DNA of 64,000 nucleotides from Glycomyces tenuis DSM 44171 (GTDB lineage Bacteria; Actinomycetota; Actinomycetes; Mycobacteriales; Micromonosporaceae): NCBI RefSeq assembly GCF_000427885.1, contig NZ_ATYW01000001.1, positions 147 to 64,146 of the forward strand, read 5' to 3'. Shown piece by piece: positions 56,063 to 64,000 of this stretch (position 1 is its first letter; each line of letters starts with the position of its first letter). The notes under the pieces were generated by a model. It saw only the letters and a program-made list of their open reading frames with translations, ran no database searches and was not told where the DNA came from. The position numbers and the translations under genes were made by a program.

Positions 56063-59000
56063 GCGGCGAGGATCGCCGACAGCCCGTCGCCAAGTTCTCC
56101 GCCCCCCGCCCGCCCGCCCAGGTGCGCGACCGCGAGCGCCCGGGCGACCTCGACGACGACGCCACGGCCCTGGCCGACGCCGTGTTCCGGGCGGAGCCCG
56201 TCAAAGAGCACCGGAGGGCGGAGCCCGCTCGCGAGCCCGCCCGGCCCGAGCCCGCCCGGCAGCCCACGCCTCCGAACGCCCGCCAGGCCCCGAGCGCCGC
56301 GCCGACCCCGCCGTCCGAGACCGCCCGACACGCGCCGCCACCTGCGCCGACCGCCCCTCCGTCCACAACTTCTCCACAGGGTTATCCACAGGAACCGCCG
56401 AGTTATCCACAGGGTCGTCCACAGCGTTACCCACAGGCTCCGACCAGCGGGAATCCACAGCGTCATCCACAGCAAGCGGCGGGTTATCCACAGAGCGACC
56501 CGAGTTATCCACAGGCCGCTGACCAGCGGCGCGGTGGCATTTCCACAGGTCAGCCCCGAGGACGCGAAACGGGCCATTCGGGCGGACGGCGCGCGCCCTC
56601 GCAGGAACTCGTCCCCATCAAGCAGGCCAGCGCCGAGGCCGTCGTCAAACCGACCGCCGACAAGCCCGGCCGCGTCCCCAAACCGGTCAAGAAGGACAAG
56701 GAGCGCCAGCCGCTCCGCGAGCTGTCGCTGACCGAGATCGCCGGGCACGCCACGTTCACGCCCACCACCGTCACCGCCTGGTACGCGCTGCCGGGCGTGC
56801 GCTGGTCCTTCCGGCCCGACCTGGAGCGCGAGGCCCTCATCACCGCCATCGCCGAGCAGTTCGCGGGCCTGGCCGGGATGCGAGTCCACCTGCGCCGCAC
56901 CACCAAGCCGTTCCCGGCCGACCAGTGGGCGCGCGCGGTCGACCAGAACACCGCCCACCCGCTGCGCACCGTCCCCGGCGGCACCAGCTGGGCCGAGCAC
57001 CTCGTGGCCGCGCAGCGCCACCTGCACTCGCTGTCGCACGCCGAGGGCGAGACGTACCTGGGCATCACCTTCGCGCGCCGCTCCATGTTCGACAACCTGG
57101 GCGAACGCGTCGGCCGCATGTTCGGGCGCGGCACCAGGCTCTCCGAGCGCGAGCGCATCGAGAAGCGCAGCTTCCAGTTCGACGAGGTCCTCGGCTCCTT
57201 CGGGGTGCGGGCCCGCCGGGCGACGACCCCCGAGCTCGAATGGCTGGTCTACCGGTCCGTCGCCCTGGGCATGGAGCCGCCGCGGCTGCTGTCGGGCTCG
57301 AGCGGCGAGTGGGAGCCGGGGGACGTCCTGGCGCTGTCGGAGTCCATCGAGCGCTACCGCAGCCCGTACGGCTCCACCGTCAAGCTCGTCAACCGGCTCA
57401 CCGGCGAGGAGAAGCACACCGCGGTCCTCACCGTCGGGCGCATGGAGGAGCTCGAGATCCCCCAGCGCCACGAGCCGTGGCTGCACTTCCACGAGCGGTG
57501 CCCGTGGCCCCTGGAGATCTCCAGCCGCGTCGACATCCTCGGCCCCGGCGAGGCGTTCCGGGACCTCGACCACCGGCTGCGGCTCATCCGCAGCCAGCAG
57601 CGCGACTACGACGAGCACGCCATGGACGCCCCGCCCGAGCTCCAGCGCCTCGCCGAGCGAGCGCTGAACGTCGGCGACGAGATGACCACCGGCCTGCCGA
57701 TCGACGCCGCGCGCGCCCACGGCTGGCACCGGATCGCCGTCACCGCCGACACGAAGGAGGAGTGCCTGGAGCGGGCCCGCACGCTGATGCAGATGTACCA
57801 GCGCGAGATGCGGATCAGCCTCCAGCACCCGAAGAACCAGGACTGGCTGGCTCGCGAGTTCATCCCCGGCGAGCCCGTCGCCTCGACCGGGTACGTCCGG
57901 CGCATGCCGGTCAAGCTCTTCGCCGCCGCGCTGCCGCAGGCGGCGTCCACGGTGGGCGACCGGCGCGGCGACCTGATCGGGCGCACCGCCGGCACCTGCC
58001 GCAGGCCGGTCTTCCTCGACCTGCACTTCGCCACCGAGGTCCGCGAGCGAAGCGGCCTGAGCGTCTTCGTCGCCGAGCCCGGCGGCGGCAAGTCCACGCT
58101 CATGGGCGCCCTCGGCTATCTGGCGGCGCGGCGCGGCGTCCAGGTGACGCTGCTCGACCCGTCGGGGCCGCTGGCCAAGCTGTGCGAGATGCCCGAGCTC
58201 AAGCCGCATTCGCGCGTGCTGAACCTGACCGGCTCGGAGTACGGGACGCTCGCGCCGTACGCGCTGATCCCCTCGCCGCGGCGCGAGCACTACGACGACT
58301 CGCCCGAAGGGCAGCGCGAGTACGACATCGCCGTCTCCAACGCCCGCTCCGAACGCCGGATGCTCGTCCAGGACATCTGCGCGATGCTCCTGCCGCCGCA
58401 GGTGCAGCGCGAAGCGGCGACGGCGCGGCTGCTGCGCCACGCGGCCCGCCACGTCCCCGCGGAGGAGTCCACCGCGCTCGAGGACATCGTCGAGAGCCTC
58501 CAGGACGCCGAGGACCACGTCACCGGCGACGGCGCCGAACTCGCGGCGCTCCTGCTCGACACCGCCGAGATGCCCCTCGCCAAGCTGTTCTTCGGCACCC
58601 CGGACAAGGGCGTGCTCGAGGACGACACGGCGCTGACCGTCATCACCATGTCCGGGCTGCGGCTGCCCGACCTGGGCATCGAGCGCGAGTACTGGAGCGC
58701 CGAGGAGGCCTTGGCCCTGCCGATGCTGCACACGGCCCACCGCCTCGCCGTCCGCCGCGCCTACGGCGGCGACATGAACCGCCGCAAGCTCGTCGGCCTC
58801 GACGAGGCCCACTTCATGGAGGGCTGGAAGTCCGGGCGCAGCTTCCTGGTGCGCCTGGCGCGCGACTCCCGCAAGTGGAACCTGGCGGCGCTCGTCGCCA
58901 GCCAGAACCCCAAGGACATCCTCGGGCTCGACGTCCAGAACCTGGTCAGCACCGTCTTCGTCGGCCGCATCGCCGAGGACGCGGACGTCGCCTCCGAGGC

Positions 59001-59214
59001 GCTCAAGCTGCTGCGCGTGCCGACCGGCGTCGGATACGAGGGCGTGCTCGCGTCGCTGAGCGAAGTGGACGCGGCGGAGACGAGACGGCTGCCCTACCGC
59101 GAGTTCGTGATGCGCGACGTCGACGGCCGCGTGCAGCGCATCAGGGCCGACTTCGGCTGGGTGCGCGGCCTGCTCGACTACCTGAACACCACCCCCGGGG
59201 AGGACAAGCAGTGA
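56059..59214 (+). CDS. VirB4/TraE-like conjugation/secretion ATPase (1051 aa) with a Pro/Gln-rich repetitive N-terminus
   Basis: N-terminal low complexity (YPQEPPSYPQGRPQRYPQAPTSGNPQRHPQ...). Walker A VFVAEPGGGKSTLMGALGY, Walker B KLVGLDEAHFMEG, then ...LVASQNP. Confidence 0.75.
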   Translation: MSGEDRRQPVAKFSAPRPPAQVRDRERPGDLDDDATALADAVFRAEPVKEHRRAEPAREPARPEPARQPTPPNARQAPSAAPTPPSETARHAPPPAPTAPPSTTSPQGYPQEPPSYPQGRPQRYPQAPTSGNPQRHPQQAAGYPQSDPSYPQAADQRRGGISTGQPRGRETGHSGGRRAPSQELVPIKQASAEAVVKPTADKPGRVPKPVKKDKERQPLRELSLTEIAGHATFTPTTVTAWYALPGVRWSFRPDLEREALITAIAEQFAGLAGMRVHLRRTTKPFPADQWARAVDQNTAHPLRTVPGGTSWAEHLVAAQRHLHSLSHAEGETYLGITFARRSMFDNLGERVGRMFGRGTRLSERERIEKRSFQFDEVLGSFGVRARRATTPELEWLVYRSVALGMEPPRLLSGSSGEWEPGDVLALSESIERYRSPYGSTVKLVNRLTGEEKHTAVLTVGRMEELEIPQRHEPWLHFHERCPWPLEISSRVDILGPGEAFRDLDHRLRLIRSQQRDYDEHAMDAPPELQRLAERALNVGDEMTTGLPIDAARAHGWHRIAVTADTKEECLERARTLMQMYQREMRISLQHPKNQDWLAREFIPGEPVASTGYVRRMPVKLFAAALPQAASTVGDRRGDLIGRTAGTCRRPVFLDLHFATEVRERSGLSVFVAEPGGGKSTLMGALGYLAARRGVQVTLLDPSGPLAKLCEMPELKPHSRVLNLTGSEYGTLAPYALIPSPRREHYDDSPEGQREYDIAVSNARSERRMLVQDICAMLLPPQVQREAATARLLRHAARHVPAEESTALEDIVESLQDAEDHVTGDGAELAALLLDTAEMPLAKLFFGTPDKGVLEDDTALTVITMSGLRLPDLGIEREYWSAEEALALPMLHTAHRLAVRRAYGGDMNRRKLVGLDEAHFMEGWKSGRSFLVRLARDSRKWNLAALVASQNPKDILGLDVQNLVSTVFVGRIAEDADVASEALKLLRVPTGVGYEGVLASLSEVDAAETRRLPYREFVMRDVDGRVQRIRADFGWVRGLLDYLNTTPGEDKQ

Positions 59215-61103
59215 CCGACCCCTCCCCCGCCGCCCCGCGCGGCCGCGCCTTCGCGGGCCGCCTGACCAGGTTCCTCCTCGTCCTGGTGGCGGCGTGCGGC
59301 GCGCTCGTCCTCACGCCGGGCACGGCGGGGGCGCAGGACTCGAGCGGCTGCTCGGACTGGGAGTGGCACTACGAGTGGGAGCAGTGCCTCGACGAGGTCG
59401 CCGAGGTGCCCGAGGCCGAGTGCGCCGAGGCGCCGACGCCGTCGAGCCCCGACTCGGGCATGGCCGGCTGGTTCGCCGAGCCGAGCCTCCCGGACCAGGG
59501 CGAGGGCATCGGCCAGTACTCGCGGTACGGCTACGCCGGGTACCAGCTGCCCATGTACGCCTCGAAGGAGGCGAGCGTCGGCGGGCAGTGCATCGACTCG
59601 CTGAGCCTGCCCGACGGGGCCGACACGGCGAACGCGCTGGCGAACATGGAGTTCAACACCTCGACGGCCATCATCGGCGCCTCGAACTCGATGCGTCAGG
59701 CCGCGTGGGACCCGCAGCGGCTGTGGGGCTGGTCGAACGAGTTCATGGAGACCGGCAGCGAGGCGGTCTACAGCCAGGTCTTCACGATCTTCGGCGCGGT
59801 GACGGTCGGCGTCGTGGGCCTGTACCTGCTGTGGCGCAGCCGCCAGGCCGACATGAACAACGCGGTGACCACGACGGCGTGGGCGGTGCTGATCCTGGTG
59901 CTGGTGACGGCGGTGGCGCGCTGGCCCGTCCAGGCGGCGAGCTGGGCCGACCAGGGCATGTCGGCCGGTTTGAACCTGAGCCAGGGGCTCATCCAGGACG
60001 AGGCGGCCGAGGGCTGCATCAGCATGCCGGGCCTGAGCAACAGGGAATACGAGGAGGCCCGCAGGGCCAACCCGGACGCCGAATGCATCGACACGCGGAG
60101 CGCGGCGGTCAAGGCCTCGGACATGTCGACCGGCGACGTGCTCTACCAGAACTGGCTGCGCGCCATGCTCGGCCAGAGCGAAGAGGTCACCTACCAGCAG
60201 GAGGACGGCGAGGTCGCCGAGGACGACGAGGGCAATCCGGAGGTCCGCGAGTCCAACACCGCTTACAAGTACGGGCCTGCGCTCTATGCGGCGCAGGCGA
60301 TGTCCTGGGCCGAGATCGAGCAGGCCGAGCAGTCGACCGGTGAGCGCGCCGACATCATCGAGGAGAAGCAGGAGAACTGGCGCAAACTGGCCACACTGAT
60401 CCAGCAGGAGGACCCCGAGTCTTACGAACATCTCACGGGCGGCCGCGCCTGGGAGCGGACCGGCTCCGGCCTCCTCTCCCTCCTGACGGCACTGTTCTTC
60501 TCGCTGTTCGACCTCACCGCATCGGTCCTGATCATCCTCGGTTTCATGATCGTCCGCTTCGCGGTCATCGCGCTGCCGATCATCGGCACGATCGCGATCC
60601 TCCGGCCTGCTGGCGGGCCGTTCAAACGCCTGGTCAACATCGTTCTCGCGGCGGTCATCAACGTCATCGTCTTCGCGATCGCCGCGGTGATCTACCTGTT
60701 CGCGGCCGATCGAATACTCGGGGCGAATCTGCCGAGCTGGATGCAGGTCATGCTCATCGGCCTGGTCGGTGTGGCGGCGTGGCTGCTCTTGCGCCCGTTC
60801 CGTCGGCTCGCCAGCTTCCAGGGCGCCGGAGGGCCGACCGACGTGCTCTTCGGACGCACGGTCGACAAGCGCAAGGAGACCGAGATCGAACGGCGCCGGG
60901 AGACCATCCGTCAGGGCGAGACCCGACCCGAGTCGAGATCCGAAGGCAGTCAAGGGAAACAGCAGGAGCGCACCGAGGGCCGCACCGCACCGCCCGAGCA
61001 GCAGCCGGGCCAGCGAACACCGGGCAGCGGCTCCACGACGACCACCACGAGCAGCAGCGGAACCTCCAGCGGAGGCGTCTACACACCGCCTAGGAGGGAC
61101 TAG
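59211..61103 (+). CDS. Polytopic membrane protein (VirB6/TrbL-like candidate) with a large signal-peptide-led extracytoplasmic domain
   Basis: GTGA overlap with the ATPase. Signal LLVLVAACGALVLTPGTAGAQD, about 200-aa Cys-containing domain, at least six TM helices, Thr/Ser-rich tail TTTTTSSSGTSSGG. Confidence 0.65.
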   Translation: MTDPSPAAPRGRAFAGRLTRFLLVLVAACGALVLTPGTAGAQDSSGCSDWEWHYEWEQCLDEVAEVPEAECAEAPTPSSPDSGMAGWFAEPSLPDQGEGIGQYSRYGYAGYQLPMYASKEASVGGQCIDSLSLPDGADTANALANMEFNTSTAIIGASNSMRQAAWDPQRLWGWSNEFMETGSEAVYSQVFTIFGAVTVGVVGLYLLWRSRQADMNNAVTTTAWAVLILVLVTAVARWPVQAASWADQGMSAGLNLSQGLIQDEAAEGCISMPGLSNREYEEARRANPDAECIDTRSAAVKASDMSTGDVLYQNWLRAMLGQSEEVTYQQEDGEVAEDDEGNPEVRESNTAYKYGPALYAAQAMSWAEIEQAEQSTGERADIIEEKQENWRKLATLIQQEDPESYEHLTGGRAWERTGSGLLSLLTALFFSLFDLTASVLIILGFMIVRFAVIALPIIGTIAILRPAGGPFKRLVNIVLAAVINVIVFAIAAVIYLFAADRILGANLPSWMQVMLIGLVGVAAWLLLRPFRRLASFQGAGGPTDVLFGRTVDKRKETEIERRRETIRQGETRPESRSEGSQGKQQERTEGRTAPPEQQPGQRTPGSGSTTTTTSSSGTSSGGVYTPPRRD

Positions 61104-61105
61104 CC

Positions 61106-61675
61106 ATGCGCGCGGCGCTGCGGATCGTCTTCTCCCGTTACGGCATCGTCGTGATCATCCTGCTCCTGGTCGTCGGCGCGATCGCCCTGTCCCAGGGGCG
61201 GGAGGACTTCCCGCTGAGCTCGGGTGATTCCGAAGGCGACTCCGCCTCGTCCGACTCCCCATCGGAGGAGCTCACGGTCGACGACGGCGTCACCGCCCCC
61301 GAATGCGAGGGAGAGGAATGCGAAGAGGGCGACTCGCCGCTCCATGACCCCTATGAGGACGTCGAACTCCCCGACGAGGCCGCGGACAAGGCCCTGGGCT
61401 TCGCCGAGGCGTGGATCGACACGGCGGGCAAGAGCTCCAACACCTGGTTCCAAGGGATGCAGCCGTACATGACCGAGGAGGCCGCCGAGCTCATGCGCGG
61501 CGTGGACCCCGCATCGGTTCCCGCCGCCGAGATCACCGGTGCGGCCGAGATCGACGGCGGGGAGGTTCGCATTCCAATGGACACCGGCACCTTGGTCCTT
61601 CCCATGATCGAGGGCAGCAACGACTGGGCCGATCAGGGATGGCTGGTGTCGGCCATCGATTGGGAGCCGGCATGA
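61106..61675 (+). CDS. Bitopic membrane protein (VirB8/TcpC-like candidate)
   Basis: N-terminal TM VVIILLLVVGAIAL, acidic Cys/Glu linker (CEGEECEEGD), C-terminal roughly 100-aa globular domain. Confidence 0.5.
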   Translation: MRAALRIVFSRYGIVVIILLLVVGAIALSQGREDFPLSSGDSEGDSASSDSPSEELTVDDGVTAPECEGEECEEGDSPLHDPYEDVELPDEAADKALGFAEAWIDTAGKSSNTWFQGMQPYMTEEAAELMRGVDPASVPAAEITGAAEIDGGEVRIPMDTGTLVLPMIEGSNDWADQGWLVSAIDWEPA

Positions 61676-62805
61676 CGACACTCGACGAGCCGAAGCGCGC
61701 GAGCTGGCTGCGGCGGTGGATCTGGGGCATCGCACTGGTCTCGGTGTGCTGCCTCGGGGCGGTCGGCATGGTGGTCCAGCTGCTGGTGGACCAGTCGGGC
61801 GACGACGACCTCGGCGGCCAGCTGCTCGCGGCCGGCTGCGGCAACGACACCCCGGTCGACCCGGACGCGGAACTGCCGTCGATCGACGGGTACAACGAGG
61901 ATCAGATCTACAACGCGGCGGTCATCATCGCGGTCGGCCAGGAACTGGAGATGCCGGTGCGGGCGTGGATCATCGCGGTGGCCACGGCCATGCAGGAGTC
62001 CAGCCTGACGAATCACGGCCACCTCGGCGACCGGAACGACCACGACTCGTTGGGCCTCTTCCAGCAGCGGCCGTCCTCCGGCTGGGGGACGCCGGAGCAG
62101 ATTCAGGATCCGGTCTACGCGGCGACGAAGTTCTACGAGAAGCTCGCCACCATCGACGGATGGGAGAGCATGGCGCTGACCGAGGCCGCTCAAAGCGTGC
62201 AGATATCCGCGTACCCCTTCGCCTATGCGAAGCACGAGCCGGACGCGACCGAGATCGTGAACGCGCTGACCAGCGGCGGTGGCAGGGCATCGGCTGTGAA
62301 CGTCAACCTCGGAGAATGCACCGCCCCCGGCGAGCTGTCGGCCGCCGGGTGGATGATCCCGGTCGAGGGCCCGATCTGGTCGGGGTTCAGGACGCAGGAA
62401 CGGCCGTCTCACCAAGGCGTCGACATCGGAGCGCCGAGGGGAGCCCCTGTGGTCGCGGCGTCGAGCGGAACGGTGATCACCGCGGAGTGCAATGCGTTCG
62501 CGCCGGACGGCAGCCCGGCCTCGTGCGACGTGGACGGGTCGCCGCAGACCGCGGGATGCGGCTGGTACGTCAACATCCTGCATGCGGGCGATTACCTGAC
62601 TCGGTACTGCCACTTCGGTTCCCAGCCGATGGTCAAGGAAGGCGACGTGGTGCAGGCGGGCCAGATTCTGGGCTACGTGGGCTCCTCGGGGCGGTCGTCA
62701 GGCCCGCACCTGCACTATGAGGTGCACTTGAACGGCGACCGCTCCTCGAACGGCGCGGTGGATCCTGTCGCGTTCATGGCCAACGTAGGTGCCCCGCTCG
62801 AGTAG
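61672..62805 (+). CDS. Bifunctional cell-wall hydrolase: lytic-transglycosylase-like domain plus M23 (LytM) peptidase domain
   Basis: ATGA-coupled. TM anchor, then ...AVATAMQESSLTNHGHLGDRNDHDSLGLFQQR (SLT-like catalytic Glu-Ser), and HQGVDIGAPRGAPV...CHF...GPHLHYEVH (M23 HxxxD / HxH motifs). Confidence 0.8.
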   Translation: MTTLDEPKRASWLRRWIWGIALVSVCCLGAVGMVVQLLVDQSGDDDLGGQLLAAGCGNDTPVDPDAELPSIDGYNEDQIYNAAVIIAVGQELEMPVRAWIIAVATAMQESSLTNHGHLGDRNDHDSLGLFQQRPSSGWGTPEQIQDPVYAATKFYEKLATIDGWESMALTEAAQSVQISAYPFAYAKHEPDATEIVNALTSGGGRASAVNVNLGECTAPGELSAAGWMIPVEGPIWSGFRTQERPSHQGVDIGAPRGAPVVAASSGTVITAECNAFAPDGSPASCDVDGSPQTAGCGWYVNILHAGDYLTRYCHFGSQPMVKEGDVVQAGQILGYVGSSGRSSGPHLHYEVHLNGDRSSNGAVDPVAFMANVGAPLE

Positions 62806-62808
62806 CGG

Positions 62809-63711
62809 CTAGTCCGCAGAGGGATCCAGCAGTGCTTCGCCTCCGGCGAGAGCGGATACGCAGTCGCCCTCCACCGTCACCTCGAAGGAGAACGATTCGG
62901 TCGCCTGCGTGGCGCTGAGCTCGACGCTCATCGGCACGCCCGTCTGCGTGCCGGAGGGGGCGGGGTCGCCGTCGAAACTCTGGATCGCGGTCGCCTCTCC
63001 GAAGAGCGTTTCCCATTCGGCCAAGGCGCCGTCCAATTCCTCTGGGCCCGGCCCCTCGTATTCGGCGCATTGGTAGTCCGAGGCGGCCTCGAGATCGCGG
63101 ATCACGAATATGGCGCTCAGGTATTTGGCGGCCAGCTCCTGCGGGTCCACCGCCGCCCCGGTCTCGTCCTCTTCTTCTTCGGATTCGTGGCGGACCACCT
63201 GACTCACGCAGTAGTTGTCGCCTTCCGCGCGAACCGATATCGTGAACTGTTCTTCACGAAAGGAATTGCCCGCGATGTAGGAGACAGTCGCACCGATATC
63301 GACGCCTTCCGCCGTGATTGTCGGCAGGTCGGTACTGACCTCGGTCTCGGGGTAGCTTCCGAGCTCCTCCTCATATGAGGCGCGGAGTTCGACCAGTTCG
63401 CCCGCCGTCACCTCCGGATCGGCATCGTCGCAGAGGACCTCCTCCGCGCGCTCCGTATCGCCGTCACTGCCGAAGCGCAGATATCGCGAGGCGGCGTTGA
63501 CCTCATCGGTCGCGGGCTGATCGCGGGGGTCGGTCTCCTCTTCGCCGCCGCCGGAGGCGAAGCCGGGGGCGATCCAGGCACCGCCGAGCAGGACCACGGC
63601 CCAGAGACCGGCCATCGAGGCCACACGGCCCCAGTGCCTCGGCGGGTCGCCGAAGTCCGGCTCGTCCTCGACCGGGACGACCTTGTACGCGCGATTCGTG
63701 CCCTTGCCCAC
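62809..63711 (-). CDS. Membrane-anchored acidic hypothetical protein
   Basis: GTG start. Cytoplasmic N-terminus, TM MAGLWAVVLLGGAWIAPGFA, then an acidic extracytoplasmic domain. Confidence 0.5.
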   Translation of the reverse strand: MGKGTNRAYKVVPVEDEPDFGDPPRHWGRVASMAGLWAVVLLGGAWIAPGFASGGGEEETDPRDQPATDEVNAASRYLRFGSDGDTERAEEVLCDDADPEVTAGELVELRASYEEELGSYPETEVSTDLPTITAEGVDIGATVSYIAGNSFREEQFTISVRAEGDNYCVSQVVRHESEEEEDETGAAVDPQELAAKYLSAIFVIRDLEAASDYQCAEYEGPGPEELDGALAEWETLFGEATAIQSFDGDPAPSGTQTGVPMSVELSATQATESFSFEVTVEGDCVSALAGGEALLDPSAD

Positions 63712-63889
63712 ACCATCAGCCTACCGGCACAACACAGCGACGGAACCTGTTCCCGACCAGATCGAAACCCCTTGCCCCACTTGCATCACCAGCAACTCGC
63801 GACCGGATTCGCGTACTCCCCAACTTGTTACGAAACAGTACAGTGTCCATTACGGCACTCGACACCAACACGCATATCGGGAGGAGTCA

Positions 63890-64000
63890 ATGGACAACCC
63901 GCTCATGGACGTGGAGGGCGCCAGGGAGCGCCTCGAAGCCTGGAAGGCCAAGGCGGAGCAACGCGCCGCCGAGACCCAGGCGGCCAGCGAGGGCCTGCAA
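63890..64000 (+). CDS. Hypothetical protein, 5' partial at window end
   Basis: RBS GGGAGGAGTCA plus ATG; MDNPLMDVEGARERLEAWKAKAEQRAAETQAASEGLQ (coiled-coil-like). Confidence 0.3.
   Translation, partial: MDNPLMDVEGARERLEAWKAKAEQRAAETQAASEGLQ

Noticed and set aside
1-64000. Amber (TAG) codon reassignment or a global suppressor, given two in-frame TAGs in otherwise intact genes
   Set aside because: TAG is used as an ordinary stop by several confident genes in the window: flotillin at 24324, PfpI at 6164, the 42728 gene at 43979 and the dehydrogenase at 38406. Recent nonsense mutations or sequence errors are more parsimonious.
1-64000. tRNA/rRNA genes
   Set aside because: No cloverleaf-compatible or rRNA-like segment recognised by eye in the intergenic gaps; a tRNAscan/Infernal run would be needed to be sure.

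Overview
High-GC (about 70%) actinobacterial chromosomal segment with roughly 70 supportable genes on both strands. Real reading frames were told apart from GC-driven antisense ORFs by amino-acid composition, recognisable family motifs, ribosome-binding sites and overlapping start/stop couplings. Main content, left to right: (1) an IS701-like transposase carrying an in-frame amber codon, then a stress/detox cluster (LysR, two DJ-1/PfpI, HAD, cupin, NADAR, GNAT, LysE); (2) two Tat-secreted proteins flanking a LAS-peptidase/lipoprotein fusion ORF; (3) a cmtR-like ArsR metalloregulator co-transcribed with a CDF metal exporter that also carries an in-frame amber codon; (4) clpB with an HspR HAIR operator; (5) a minus-strand supra-operon built around a 689-aa flotillin: NfeD/YqiJ-like protein, several small membrane proteins, flotillin, a 1646-aa AAA+ ATPase and a BRCT-like/acidic EP-repeat protein; (6) an FtsK/SpoIIIE ATPase translationally coupled to a membrane protein; (7) an Rpn/YhgA-like PD-(D/E)xK plus DUF4351 gene split by an IS605-family TnpB-only element; (8) the moaC-moaB-moeA-moaE operon, a dehydrogenase, CopC and a Gfo/Idh/MocA oxidoreductase; (9) from about 41.8 kb to the end, an accessory secretion island. 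The island holds four YbaB/EbfC-like genes, two paralogous 560-aa proteins with an N-terminal WXG motif, a Gly/Ala-rich tail and an identical C-terminal ...WG[IF]xNEDEDPYA ending, paralogous WXG-like/membrane protein pairs, and a Gram-positive T4SS-like module (PrgI/VirB3-like small TM proteins, a VirB4-like 1051-aa ATPase, a VirB6-like polytopic protein, a VirB8/TcpC-like bitopic protein, and an SLT+M23 cell-wall hydrolase). No rRNA, tRNA or CRISPR array was recognised. All coordinates are from manual reading and carry a few-nt uncertainty at starts.
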